A stretch of DNA of 64,000 nt. Source: an uncultured Chloroflexia bacterium. GTDB taxonomy: Bacteria > Chloroflexota > Anaerolineae > Anaerolineales > UBA4823. The notes below the pieces were generated by a model, which was not told the DNA's origin, searched no databases, and was given only the letters and a program-made list of their open reading frames with translations. The stretch is taken from positions 99,629 to 163,628 of the forward strand of contig CAVQOI010000006.1 of the NCBI GenBank assembly GCA_963714425.1, written 5' to 3'. The position numbers and the translations under genes are program-made. This document shows positions 1 through 9,577 of this stretch, piece by piece (positions within the stretch are counted from its first letter, which is position 1; each line of letters starts with the position of its first letter).

Positions 1-37
1 CACTCCTCTCCATTCTCTACGCTCAATTCTCCTCAAT

Positions 38-1297
38 CTAATCTCTCTTAAACCTCGAATAATCCGGCTTGGGCATGTTCAACCCTGACACCGGCAAGCC
101 ATTCAGGGCGCGCACCTGTAACGGCAGGCCGAACAGGTGGATAAACCCCTCCGCATCCGACTGGTCGTAGACGTCTTCCTGCCCGAAGGTGGCAAAGTCC
201 TCGCGGTACAAGCTTAAGCTGCTCTTCCTCCCGGCGGGGATGATGTTGCCCTTGTAAAGTTTCAAACGCACTGAGCCGGTGACGGGTCCCTGCGTGGCGT
301 CTACGAAAGAGTCCAGGGCTTCGCGCAGTGGCGAGAACCACATGCCATTGTAAACCAGATCGGCGTACTTGAGCGCCACCTGGTCCTTGTAACTGATCGT
401 CTCACGGTCCAGAACGATCAATTCAAGCTCGCGGTGTGCTGCCAGCAGGATGGTGCCTCCCGGGGTCTCGTAGACGCCGTGAGATTTCATGCCCACCAGG
501 CGGCTCTCCACCAGGTCGGCGCGCCCGATGCCGTGCTTCCCGCCCAAGACGTTCAAATGCGCCACCACCTGCGCCGGGGAGAGCTTCTCGCCATTGATTG
601 CTACTGGCGTTCCGCTATCAAAAGCGATCTCCACATATTCAGCCTGCTCTGGGGCGCTCTCAGGTGAGACGCTGAGCTGGAACATGTCCTCGTCTGGTTC
701 CATCCATGGGTTTTCCAGCGGGCCGCCTTCGTGCGAGATGTGCCACAGGTTGCCATCGCGGCTGTAGATCGACTTGAGGGTCGCCTTGATGGGGATGCCG
801 CGAGCGCTGGCATAAGCGATGGCATCCTCACGCGATCGGATATCCCACTCGCGCCAGGGAGCGATCACCTGCAAGCGAGGGTCCAGGGCGGTATAGGTGA
901 GCTCGAAGCGTACCTGGTCATTGCCCTTGCCGGTGGCGCCATGGGCCACAGCGTCGGCGCCAACTTCGTGGGCAACCTCCACCTGGTGCTTGGCAATCAG
1001 CGGGCGTGCGACAGACGTGCCAAGCAGGTATTTGCGCTCGTATACCGCCCCAGCGCGCAGCATAGGGAAGAGGTAATCCTGGGCGAACTCCTCTTTCAGA
1101 TCGTGCTGGACGAACTGGCGGGCGCCACTTGCCAGGGCTTTGGCTTCCAGCCCTTCCAGCTCCTCTCCCTGGCCAACATCCGCGGTGAAGCACACCACTT
1201 CGCAGCCGTAATTCTCCTTGAGCCAGGGCACAATAATCGACGTGTCCAGCCCTCCGGAGTAAGCCAACACCACTTTTTTAACCGCTGGTTTGATCAT
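38..1297 (-). CDS. argG: argininosuccinate synthase
   Basis: 419-aa ORF with the N-terminal [11 protein letters not shown]-loop motif and full-length ArgG-like sequence. A gaggagg RBS lies about 5 nt upstream of the ATG at 1297. Confidence 0.95.
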   Translation of the reverse strand: MIKPAVKKVVLAYSGGLDTSIIVPWLKENYGCEVVCFTADVGQGEELEGLEAKALASGARQFVQHDLKEEFAQDYLFPMLRAGAVYERKYLLGTSVARPLIAKHQVEVAHEVGADAVAHGATGKGNDQVRFELTYTALDPRLQVIAPWREWDIRSREDAIAYASARGIPIKATLKSIYSRDGNLWHISHEGGPLENPWMEPDEDMFQLSVSPESAPEQAEYVEIAFDSGTPVAINGEKLSPAQVVAHLNVLGGKHGIGRADLVESRLVGMKSHGVYETPGGTILLAAHRELELIVLDRETISYKDQVALKYADLVYNGMWFSPLREALDSFVDATQGPVTGSVRLKLYKGNIIPAGRKSSLSLYREDFATFGQEDVYDQSDAEGFIHLFGLPLQVRALNGLPVSGLNMPKPDYSRFKRD

Positions 1298-1311
1298 TTC
1301 AGCCTCCTCGT

Positions 1312-1345
1312 TACAAAATAAAAAGCCCTCCTGGGAAGGAGGGCT
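1312..1345 (-). terminator. hairpin + T-run directly upstream of argG (terminator of the upstream co-directional gene, or an argG leader attenuator)
   Basis: Minus strand reads AGCCCTCC-ttccca-GGAGGGCT (8-bp stem, 1324-1345) followed by TTTTATTTT, then the argG RBS. Confidence 0.5.
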
Positions 1346-1495
1346 GTGGATAACCGATGCGCTAGTAGCTACTATTCGTGCACGTGCGCGCCTCTGACCT
1401 TCCAGTGGGAGGGCATGAGCGTACGACGAGCGCGAAGCTGAGCTACTATTGCGGACATATTGGGGGGCAGTTTATCATCCCATAGCGCTAGCGTC

Positions 1496-1512
1496 AAGGT
1501 GTGTATCATGGG
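1496..1512. repeat. left copy of 17-bp target-site duplication
   Basis: AGGTGTGTATCATGGGT is identical to 3111-3127 and abuts the left IS end. Confidence 0.75.
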
Positions 1513-3110
1513 TGTTAGCGCAAAGTAGTAGAGTCCCCTTTTCGCAAAGTTAAAATGTCCCCTCTGAAGGGACACGAAATGGACGAACTACTGAGAATGA
1601 GCAACCGAGAAATCACACGATTGGAAGCGATACAGCGGATCAAGGACAAACGCCTGACGCAGAAGGAAGCAGCCCGGATACTAAGTTTGAGTGTGCGGCA
1701 GGTCAAACGGCTCTATCGAGCATATAAAGTCCAAGGAGCGAAAGGGTTGGTCAGCGCCCGGCGAGGGAAGCCGAGCAACCATCGCCTGGATGCGGAAACG
1801 CAGCAGAAAGCCATCGACCTGATCTATGAGCACTATCGAGACTTTGGACCCACCTTAGCGCACGAGAAGCTGACGGAGAAACACAAGCTACGGATATCGC
1901 GGGAAAGTGTGCGCAAGATCATGATTGCAGAAGAGATGTGGAAGCCGAAGCGGGCGAAAAAGCCGTCGATGCACCAGATGCGTGAGCGGCGAGCTTGTTT
2001 TGGGGAATTGGTGCAGATCGATGGCTCGGATCACGACTGGTTCGAAGGGCGCGGGCCGAAGTGCACCCTGCTGGTGTATATTGACGATGCCACGGGGCAA
2101 CTCTTGGAGTTGTGGTTTGTGCCGGACGAGACCTTTTTCGGCTACTGCGAAGCTTCCCGGCACTATTTTGAGCGGTATGGCAAGCCGGTGGCCTTCTACA
2201 GCGACAAGCACGGCATCTTTCGGGTCAATCAAGTGCAAACGATCGGTCTAGGGAGTGGTCTTACCCAGTTCGCACGAGCCATGCAGGAGTTGGACATCCA
2301 AATCATCTGTGCCAACACCCCCCAAGCCAAAGGGCGCATCGAACGCGCCAATCAGACCCTCCAGGACCGCCTGGTCAAGGAGCTGCGCCTGCTAGGTATT
2401 TCCGACATCGACAGCGCCAATGCCTATCTACCCGTGTTCCGCCTGGATTTCAACCGCCGCTTTGCCGTGGCTCCCCGCAGCAACCATGATGCCCACCGCC
2501 CCTTACTCAAAACCGAAAACCTGGATATCATCTTGACCCGCCAGAAAACCGCTACGCTCTCCAAGAACCTCACCGTGCAAGCCAACAAGGTGATCTACCA
2601 GATCCAATCCAACCGCCCTGACTATGCTCTGCGCAAGGCTCAAGTCACCGTCTGTGAGAATGCCAAAGGAGAAGTCACCATCCTCTACCGAAACAAACCC
2701 CTATCTTACACGATCTTTCACAAGCCTACTCGCCAGGCTCAGGTCGCCGATACCAAAACCCTCGATCGCCAGATCAAGCCGCCCCCTGTCCCCGCCCCCA
2801 ACCACCCCTGGCGCCGATACGGCCGTCATCTCAACGGCAAACCTATCCAGGAAACCACTCCCCATGGCGCAGACTGATATGGATCGGCCTGTGAGTTTAT
2901 CGCTTTCGGCCAAAAACTGGGCAGAAACCAAAGAACAGAGCGATCTCCGCTCTGCCCAGTCTTCGGCCTCGTGTCGGCGCTCGGGTCGCTCTCCAGCGTT
3001 GCCCTATCCTCCGCACGAGCGCCTCGAGTCTACCATATCCGATTATTCATCCCTGGCAAAGGGGACATCTCTACTTTGCAGAAAAAGGGACATTTCTATT
3101 TTGCATTGAC
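1513..3110 (+). mobile_element. insertion sequence, ISNCY / IS1202-group-like, apparently intact
   Basis: Single transposase ORF. Imperfect terminal inverted repeats (left GTTAGCGCAAAGTAG..., reverse complement of right end GTCAATGCAAAATAG...). Each end carries two subterminal GGGGAC...CTTTGC-type motifs. The element is flanked by a perfect 17-bp direct repeat. Confidence 0.75.
1555..2877 (+). CDS. ISNCY/IS1202-group transposase (HTH + rve/DDE integrase core)
   Basis: 440-aa ORF with an N-terminal HTH (LTQKEAARILSLSVRQVKRLYRAYK). A DDE-type core follows (LVQIDGSDHDWF, YSDKHGIF, PQAKGRIERANQTLQDRL). Confidence 0.85.
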   Translation: MSPLKGHEMDELLRMSNREITRLEAIQRIKDKRLTQKEAARILSLSVRQVKRLYRAYKVQGAKGLVSARRGKPSNHRLDAETQQKAIDLIYEHYRDFGPTLAHEKLTEKHKLRISRESVRKIMIAEEMWKPKRAKKPSMHQMRERRACFGELVQIDGSDHDWFEGRGPKCTLLVYIDDATGQLLELWFVPDETFFGYCEASRHYFERYGKPVAFYSDKHGIFRVNQVQTIGLGSGLTQFARAMQELDIQIICANTPQAKGRIERANQTLQDRLVKELRLLGISDIDSANAYLPVFRLDFNRRFAVAPRSNHDAHRPLLKTENLDIILTRQKTATLSKNLTVQANKVIYQIQSNRPDYALRKAQVTVCENAKGEVTILYRNKPLSYTIFHKPTRQAQVADTKTLDRQIKPPPVPAPNHPWRRYGRHLNGKPIQETTPHGAD

Positions 3111-3127
3111 AGGTGTGTATCATGGGT
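3111..3127. repeat. right copy of 17-bp target-site duplication
   Basis: AGGTGTGTATCATGGGT is identical to 1496-1512 and abuts the right IS end. Confidence 0.75.
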
Positions 3128-3181
3128 TAGGATTTGCCATGCACAGGATGCAGCTTTTTCCTGGTCGTTCCTTTGGGTGGG

Positions 3182-4909
3182 TTATTGGTGGATTTTGTAG
3201 ACCCGGGCGTAATCCAGCCCATTGATCCACACCGTGTGCTCTGGGGTGAGGTCGGCGACATAATCCAGGATGGGTGAGGCGATTTCGCGCTGACGTTGGG
3301 AGATATAGATGACGACGTAATCTGAGTCGAGAAATTTCTGCCAATCATCCTCGGTCAAGTCCTGCGCAAACGACACCTGCCTGACCCTCCCGTTGAAGTA
3401 GTAAGAGAAACAACCGGAAGCATAGTAGGAGAGTACCTCCAGCTGGCTCGCCTTATACTTTTTATTCAGGTAATTTGCGGCCTGGTCCAGACCCTCCCCC
3501 CAGCCAATCGGCAATACATACTGAGCCTGGCGAGCCCCTCCCATTAATGGATTGTAATAAGACAGGTAGTAGGGATAGGTGCTCAGCGACAGCATGCCCT
3601 GAAGTGCAACCGCCAGCAATGCCATGAATGGGGCAGCGTAGCGCCAGAAGCTGCGCCTTGTCTCCCCCGATAGGAATAAGATCAAAGCCGACCAACCCAG
3701 CCCGGCGATGATATCGAAGGGGGCGTAGACCGGCAGCAGATAACGGTCATATTTGCTGTCGCTGGTTGTCATGGCTGCCGTGAATACCCCAATAAAGAGC
3801 AGCAAACCCAGCAGCACGAAGCGAGACTTCGGAGATGCCAAAGGCTGGCGTTTCTTCACAATCGCCCAGGCTGCCAGGATCAGACCGAAGAGCACGACCG
3901 GGCTGCTGCGCATGAGATAAGTCACCGGGTAGAAATCCCAGTACTCGAGACCAAATTGATCGCTGGTGACGATCTTCCCCATGAAGAAGCGCGGCGTGCC
4001 TGCGTCTGTTTCGTAATGGGTCGAACCCTGGATGGCAATTTTCTGGAGTGTCTGGATTGGACTGACCCACATGGCAGGCCACAATGCGACAAAGGTGATC
4101 GCCATGATCAACCCCCAGATCACGGAGATTCGGATCGTCCTCCCAAGCAGCTTCGGAATCCAGGCTCCTAGATGGGCCTCTCGATCCTTCCACAGCGCAT
4201 ACAGGATCAACATCCCCACAACCGGTATGGTCAATACAGCCGGCAATTTGGTCAGCAATCCTAACCCGGCCGCAACGGCCGAAACCACCAGGTCACGTGT
4301 CCGTCGTGTTTGCAGATACCCCATAATTGCCAGTAAGGACAGCAGCATCAGATTGCCTACCAGACCGTCCAGGTGGAGCACGCGCGTCAGCGCGATGTGA
4401 TAGGGTTCGAGGGCGATAAGCAAAAAGGCAAGGGTTGCCGGGAGGGCTCCAATCAGCCCGATAGCATATCCGTAGCTGGCCAGCAGCACCAGTGTGTGCC
4501 CGATGATCATGAAGATGCGACTGGCTACCAGCAGATCTAAGGCGGTAACCCCTTTGGCGTTGCTGAGATAGCGATTGAACTCATTGGAGTCAACTTTATC
4601 CGGACCGTCCAGGCGATACTCAGGGTGCTGGACAAGAAAACCTGCCGTGCCAGCCCACATCACGGTCACGCCCGGGTGTTCGCTGCGGTATGTCCACGCC
4701 GGCTGTCCCTGGCTGATCGCCATGTAGTAATTTGCGGAGCGCGCCAGCCATAAGTGTTCGTCGGGCGTCACCAGGCGATTCAAGGCAACCAGTCGGGGCA
4801 AGGCGATGGCAATCGCCAGGATGATCCACGCGGACCATCCCATCCAGCGCGAGCGGAAGCCGGGCGTATTGCTGCGAATGTTGGAAAAGATATCCATAGG
4901 ATTCATCAA
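3182..4909 (-). CDS. GT-C fold lipid-carrier-dependent glycosyltransferase (PMT_2/ArnT, GT39/GT83-like)
   Basis: 575-aa polytopic membrane protein. It has an N-terminal TM followed by VTPDEHLW...EHPGVTVMW, many TM helices, and a soluble C-terminal ~150 aa. Confidence 0.7.
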   Translation of the reverse strand: MMNPMDIFSNIRSNTPGFRSRWMGWSAWIILAIAIALPRLVALNRLVTPDEHLWLARSANYYMAISQGQPAWTYRSEHPGVTVMWAGTAGFLVQHPEYRLDGPDKVDSNEFNRYLSNAKGVTALDLLVASRIFMIIGHTLVLLASYGYAIGLIGALPATLAFLLIALEPYHIALTRVLHLDGLVGNLMLLSLLAIMGYLQTRRTRDLVVSAVAAGLGLLTKLPAVLTIPVVGMLILYALWKDREAHLGAWIPKLLGRTIRISVIWGLIMAITFVALWPAMWVSPIQTLQKIAIQGSTHYETDAGTPRFFMGKIVTSDQFGLEYWDFYPVTYLMRSSPVVLFGLILAAWAIVKKRQPLASPKSRFVLLGLLLFIGVFTAAMTTSDSKYDRYLLPVYAPFDIIAGLGWSALILFLSGETRRSFWRYAAPFMALLAVALQGMLSLSTYPYYLSYYNPLMGGARQAQYVLPIGWGEGLDQAANYLNKKYKASQLEVLSYYASGCFSYYFNGRVRQVSFAQDLTEDDWQKFLDSDYVVIYISQRQREIASPILDYVADLTPEHTVWINGLDYARVYKIHQ

Positions 4910-4924
4910 AGCGCAGGATGAATT

Positions 4925-6656
4925 TCAGCGAATCTTGTAAATGCGCACATACTCAAGGTTGTTGATCACGACGGTTTCTTCGGGTGTCCTTTCAGATACA
5001 TAGTCAAGCACGGGTTTAGGGAGCTGCCTTTGCCACTGGTTGATGTAAATGACCGCATAATCGGCGTTGATAAAATTCTCCCACTCGCGTTTTTTCATCT
5101 CCGGCGTATACGGAAAACCACGCGTGTGTCCTTTGAAGATGAAATTGAATGAGCCGGCAGGATACCAGGAGATTACGTGCAAGTCTTCGGCGGCCGGCTT
5201 TTGATTGAGGTACCTGGCGGCTTGATCAATCCCTTCTCCCCAGCCCACGGGTAGCACCTCAGCTGCTTTTTGGCTGCCTCCCATGATTGGATTGTAGTAG
5301 GTGAAATAATACGGGTGGGAGCTCAGAGATAAAACCGCCTGGATGGCAAGCACGGCTGCTATCCCAACAGGTAACAGAAACCGCCCTGCTCTGGCGCCAG
5401 CCTTGGAGGAGAACAGCCCTGCCCATCCCAACCCGGCAATCAGGTTGGCAGGGAGGAAAGCCGGCAATAGATATCGATCCGCCATTTTCTCGCTGAGAGT
5501 CAATCCCATTACGAATATTCCAATGAGCGAGATGACCCCAAAAAGCGTCAGGCGTGTGCTGGGCTCCCGAAATGGCCCGAACTCTTAACCACCCCCCCGG
5601 CAAGGCGAGCAGTATTCCAAGCAGGATGATTGGTGTTGTCCGCCACAGAAAAGTCAGGGGGTAAAACTCGACAAATTGGGGTCCGATCCTGCCTTGCTCA
5701 TAGACCACACCCTTAAAAAACATGCTGGCGAAATGACCCTGCTCGGCGTATCTTTGTGCCCGGCTGAGCACCAGGAGGAGTGTATTGGCTGGATCAATCC
5801 ACATCGCGGGCCAAAACGCCACGAATACCAGCATGCCGAGCCCAGCCCAAAGCATCACTGGCCAGGCAGCGCGCCTGATCAATTGCCATAAATTCCCCGT
5901 TGTAGAAAACGTCAACCTCTTCCAAAAATCTACAAGGGCCAACACGCCCACTACTGGGATAAGCAAAAGCGCCGGCGACTTCGTCAACCAGCCCAGCCCT
6001 GCAGCGATGCCGGAAACCAACAGCGAGAGCAGGCTGTTCCGCCGCAAGTAGTGCAGGAAAGCCAGGAGTGCGAGAAAAACCAGATTGCTGGACAATCCAT
6101 CCAGGTGAAATACGCGCGTCAGCGCCAGGTGGAATGGATCGAAAGCGATGAACATGAATGTCATCAGCGCGGGACCCAGCCCAATCAGCTGTCGTGCAAA
6201 AAGGTAACCCAAAGCCAGAACGATTGTGTGCCCGATCACAAGGATCAGTCGCGCTCCGGCTAGAAGTTCTAAGGAGGACAACTTTTTTACGCGGGTGATG
6301 TAATAGTGGAACTGGTCGGGTTCTAGCTGCCCCACACCGCTGCCGCGATAGCCCGGGTATTGCAGCAGAAAAGCCGCCGTGCCCGCCCACATAACTGTTA
6401 CACCTGGATGCTCTTTTTGGTAGGTAGATGGTAAATCGGCATGCGTCAGCGCGTAGTAAAAGTTGGCAGAGCGGCTGAGCCAAAGATGTTCATCTGCAGT
6501 TACGAAGTGGTCTAACGCAATGCTGCGGGGGATAAAAATGGATAGTATGACGGCTGCCAGCGCCAAAACATCTCGCCAGGAGCGCCAGGAGATTTGAAAG
6601 CGTGTAAATTCAGATAGAGCCATCGGTTGTGGGCAAGGACGGACATGTTCTCGCAA
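4925..6656 (-). pseudogene. paralogue of the adjacent GT-C glycosyltransferase, reading frame broken once
   Basis: ORFs 5259..6656 (N-terminal part) and 4925..5509 (C-terminal part) are each colinear with 3182..4909. For example, EPSTRLTLFGVISLIGIFVMGLTLSEKMADRYLLP aligns with SPKSRFVLLGLLLFIGVFTAAMTTSDSKYDRYLLP. The frame switch maps to 5559-5587, next to short G/C/T runs. Confidence 0.65.
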
Positions 6657-6691
6657 AGCAGTTAGGCTATTATAATCCAGCCTCGCACGGC

Positions 6692-6817
6692 AGATCTGTC
6701 CTGGCGCTCAAGTTGCTCTCCGGAGAGTTTCACGAAGGCGAGCTGATCCGGGTGGAGCGCGGCGAGCAGGGGTTGGTATTCTCGGCGAGCATCCCAACAG
6801 GAGTAGTGGAAGTATAA
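6692..6817 (+). pseudogene. clpB: 3'-terminal relic of a ClpB-type chaperone gene
   Basis: RSVLALKLLSGEFHEGELIRVERGEQGLVFSASIP resembles the extreme C-terminus of ClpB (…LAxxILxGEfxEGdxixV…GxLVF). No upstream ClpB sequence remains. A GC-rich imperfect hairpin follows at 6839-6880. Confidence 0.45.
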
Positions 6818-6936
6818 GCAACAGTTTTCGATATTCTTCCCCCTCGCCGCCCCTGGTGGAAGGGAGGGGGACCGAGGGGGCGAGTTATATTCCAGATCCC
6901 TTGTCTAACCCTATGTGAATAAGAGCAGTCCTCCAG

Positions 6937-7326
6937 CTATCCCTCTTCGTCATCCTCCTCCTCAGCCAGGCTGGCAGGGATGGCTTCCCCTGCCGCCGGT
7001 GAGCTCTGAGCTGCTCTGGCGCGCAGGGCGACCACTTTTTTCCCGGCTACCGTCATCGGTTGCGGGTAGAGGGTGATCCGCTTGCCGAGCCAATCGTCCG
7101 TCTCTTCGCTACAAAGAAAATCAGAAATCTGGTACGCCATGGTACGGTTGAGGACAACTCCCTTGTGTGCCTCCTTGAAGTAAAGCACCCATTTCTCCAC
7201 TTCGGGGGCGTTTGCTTGGGGGTGCATTCTCTCTCGGGTTATCTTGGTGATTGTCAGGGTGACCGCCTTGCCCTGTAGGTCTTCCCCCGTTGCGTAGCGG
7301 CGCGGGAACATCTGGTCCAGCTTCAT
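6937..7326 (-). CDS. hypothetical protein with acidic C-terminal tail
   Basis: Internal ATG at 7326 is preceded by a ggagg RBS. The 129-aa product ends in AEEEDDEEG. It is co-directional with, and 33 nt downstream of, the glycosidase gene. I do not recognise a domain. Confidence 0.5.
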   Translation of the reverse strand: MKLDQMFPRRYATGEDLQGKAVTLTITKITRERMHPQANAPEVEKWVLYFKEAHKGVVLNRTMAYQISDFLCSEETDDWLGKRITLYPQPMTVAGKKVVALRARAAQSSPAAGEAIPASLAEEEDDEEG

Positions 7327-7358
7327 CGTCGATTGCCTCCCCTTGAATATTTTTCCTG

Positions 7359-8582
7359 CTACCCGAACCTCATTCTGAGCACGATTAAAAACACGAACGC
7401 CATCGCAGGGGCCATCATTGTGGGCACCCACAGCACACTGGCAAGCTCGAAGAGCGGCTGGCTGGGGGCTGCCTGCACAGGCTCGGAAACCGCCGCTGCT
7501 CCCCGGGCGCTTCCAGGCTCGCCTCCATCGCGGTCAGATCGGTTGCGATGGCAACTCCTGCCTCTGTTCAACCCTTGGTTGGCAGTTTCCTCAACCAACC
7601 CTTTATTTTCTCCGGAATTAGCCATCTCTGGAGATGCCTGGGCTGGGTTGGCATCGACCGCAGCCTGCTCTGCATTCAAGGAGACCTCGATCTGGTTCGA
7701 TTTCGGTTGGGTCGGAACCCCCCCCTTAATGCCCAACGCCTGCGGGATGGGCCGTTCAGAGGCGATGATTGATTTGTCCTGGCAAATTAATTGAGTGGAT
7801 CCACCGCCGTCAAGCATCATGATCTTGTAGGCTCCGAAGCTGCGTAGCACCGAAGCGGCGTCCACCTGGCGGGCACTGCGCGTCGAGAAGATCAGCACCG
7901 TCTCAAAACGCTCATCTCCGTTCTTGTCTACCACGCCTAAGAAGGTGCGACCAACATATTTTTTGATGTTCTTTGGGGCATCCTCAGCCAGTCCGGCAAC
8001 AATATTCGGAGCTGATGAGGAGTAAAGCGCCTCTTTGCTAAGCTCGCGGATATCGGCATGGTCATCCCAAAGCTCAAGCATGAGCTTCTTGCCTTTGAAT
8101 TGATCCTTGCCATAGCCGTCGCTGACGATCTCCCCTTCTACCTTAAGGGAGAAGGGCAGGCGTGTTGGGCTCTCCGGCATGTAGAAGAACTGCCCATTCA
8201 CCACGCAGAAGGGTGTTGCGTGGCTGGAGGCGAAGTCGTTCCAGAACTGTTTGAGTGACCAGGAGTTGATGCGTGGGTCATCGCCTCCGTATGCTCCCTT
8301 TCCCTGGCGTTGTTCCTGTATTGGACCATGCAACAGCTCGATGGCAGCGCCTTCTGAAAAATCGACCACCTGGACGAAATCGGGCGTGCCGCCTGAATAG
8401 TCCTTGCGGTACAGGTCCACACCAAACGTTCTGCTGACCTCATCAAAGCCATCAGGAATGACCAACCCGGAAGGGCGCATCCCAGGGTTTGCCGGGCTCT
8501 GTGCCTCAACAGTCGCGAGAGTAGCTGCTCCCAGAGCGAGCACGGCGATCAAGATGAAGAGCAGGCGTTTGAGCATTGACAT
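7359..8582 (-). CDS. phosphodiester glycosidase (NAGPA/DUF2233) family protein, signal peptide + C-terminal TM
   Basis: N-terminal signal-like LLFILIAVLALGAATLATVEA. It carries VVNGQFFYM and the family-typical MMLDGGGSTQL motif, plus a hydrophobic C-terminal segment. Confidence 0.65.
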   Translation of the reverse strand: MSMLKRLLFILIAVLALGAATLATVEAQSPANPGMRPSGLVIPDGFDEVSRTFGVDLYRKDYSGGTPDFVQVVDFSEGAAIELLHGPIQEQRQGKGAYGGDDPRINSWSLKQFWNDFASSHATPFCVVNGQFFYMPESPTRLPFSLKVEGEIVSDGYGKDQFKGKKLMLELWDDHADIRELSKEALYSSSAPNIVAGLAEDAPKNIKKYVGRTFLGVVDKNGDERFETVLIFSTRSARQVDAASVLRSFGAYKIMMLDGGGSTQLICQDKSIIASERPIPQALGIKGGVPTQPKSNQIEVSLNAEQAAVDANPAQASPEMANSGENKGLVEETANQGLNRGRSCHRNRSDRDGGEPGSARGAAAVSEPVQAAPSQPLFELASVLWVPTMMAPAMAFVFLIVLRMRFG

Positions 8583-8771
8583 TTTTATTGAACAAGATCA
8601 AGAAGGAATATATGCAACCCAGTTAATGGAGCATGGCAATTTTATCAAAGGTATCGATAATATTATAGCACAATTGTTCTAATTTGCAAGGAGGTTAATC
8701 AAATCTTTACAGATTTACTGGTGTTCCATTTAGTTGCAATATATATGCCGGGTGGAGATTATTAATAACGC

Positions 8772-8814
8772 AAGTGGGATCGCAATGGCGGCATCCGCCA
8801 TTGCGATCCCACTT
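8772..8814 (-). terminator. perfect 20-bp-stem palindrome downstream of the Yip1-like gene
   Basis: AAGTGGGATCGCAATGGCGG-cat-CCGCCATTGCGATCCCACTT. It lies 50 nt after the stop at 8864, with only a weak T-rich tail. Confidence 0.45.
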
Positions 8815-8863
8815 GGAGGTTGAGACCCCGCTTCCTATCTATGCTAAGAAGCGGTTGGGAGTT

Positions 8864-9382
8864 TTATTGCCCAGTGATCGCGCCCGCGAATCCCAAGACT
8901 ATGCCGATGGCGACGTAGCCAATGATCAGAACGATAAAACCGATCAGGGCAGTCAAGAAGGCTTTGCTGTTGTCCAGGTCCAATCCCTGCCGGATGGCAA
9001 TGAAGCCGGCAATCAGGCTCCAGATCCCGCCAACCAGAGCACCCAGGCAGGGTATGATCGCCAGCAGTTGCGGAGCCTGGGCAAAACCGATTACACGCAG
9101 CATTTCGCCCATGGTGGCTTTTCCGCCGAACACCGATGTGCCCACACCATAGGAAACAGCCGACCACAGTAGCCAGCCAAAGATTGCCCAAATGAGTGAG
9201 CTGATGAAAGTCGAGACAAAATTGCCATTCTGCATGCTGGCTCCGATCCCGCTCCCTAATCCGGTCAGCACCGCAACCAGCGCAACAACCAGCACTGCCT
9301 GACCCGTGGCGGATTCGTCATGCTCGATTTCCTCGAAGGTGTTGATATCTAACTTGAACACGCCAATGATTCGTTTAATCAT
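8864..9382 (-). CDS. Yip1-domain membrane protein
   Basis: ATG at 9382 sits 7 nt after GGAGG. The N-terminus MIKRIIGVFKLDINTFEEIEHDESATGQA is followed by 4-5 TM helices, as in the YIP1 family. Confidence 0.65.
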   Translation of the reverse strand: MIKRIIGVFKLDINTFEEIEHDESATGQAVLVVALVAVLTGLGSGIGASMQNGNFVSTFISSLIWAIFGWLLWSAVSYGVGTSVFGGKATMGEMLRVIGFAQAPQLLAIIPCLGALVGGIWSLIAGFIAIRQGLDLDNSKAFLTALIGFIVLIIGYVAIGIVLGFAGAITGQ

Positions 9383-9577
9383 TAGAGTTCCTCCTCTCAC
9401 TCAGTTAACCCCCCATAACGGAGAAAGATACAGATCCGCTGTACCTGCGCCTTTGTCCAGGTATGAACTAGCCGTTTGGCGGATGCGCACGCGGCGAAAA
9501 GCTCCTATACTCTTAATCGCCGGTTTAATTACCGGGTGAATACGATAACGTAGACAATACTTTAATGGAGGGTACTC

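Noticed and set aside
731-1321. 196-aa plus-strand ORF
   Set aside because: It is entirely antisense to argG and has no motifs.
1346-1495. ARG-box or T-box-type leader upstream of argG (duplicated GCTACTATT at ~1368 and ~1441)
   Set aside because: The duplicated 9-mer does not match the palindromic ARG box consensus I know. No T-box (…GGTGGTACCGCG-like) or specifier-loop elements are visible. This may just be 3' UTR of the upstream gene.
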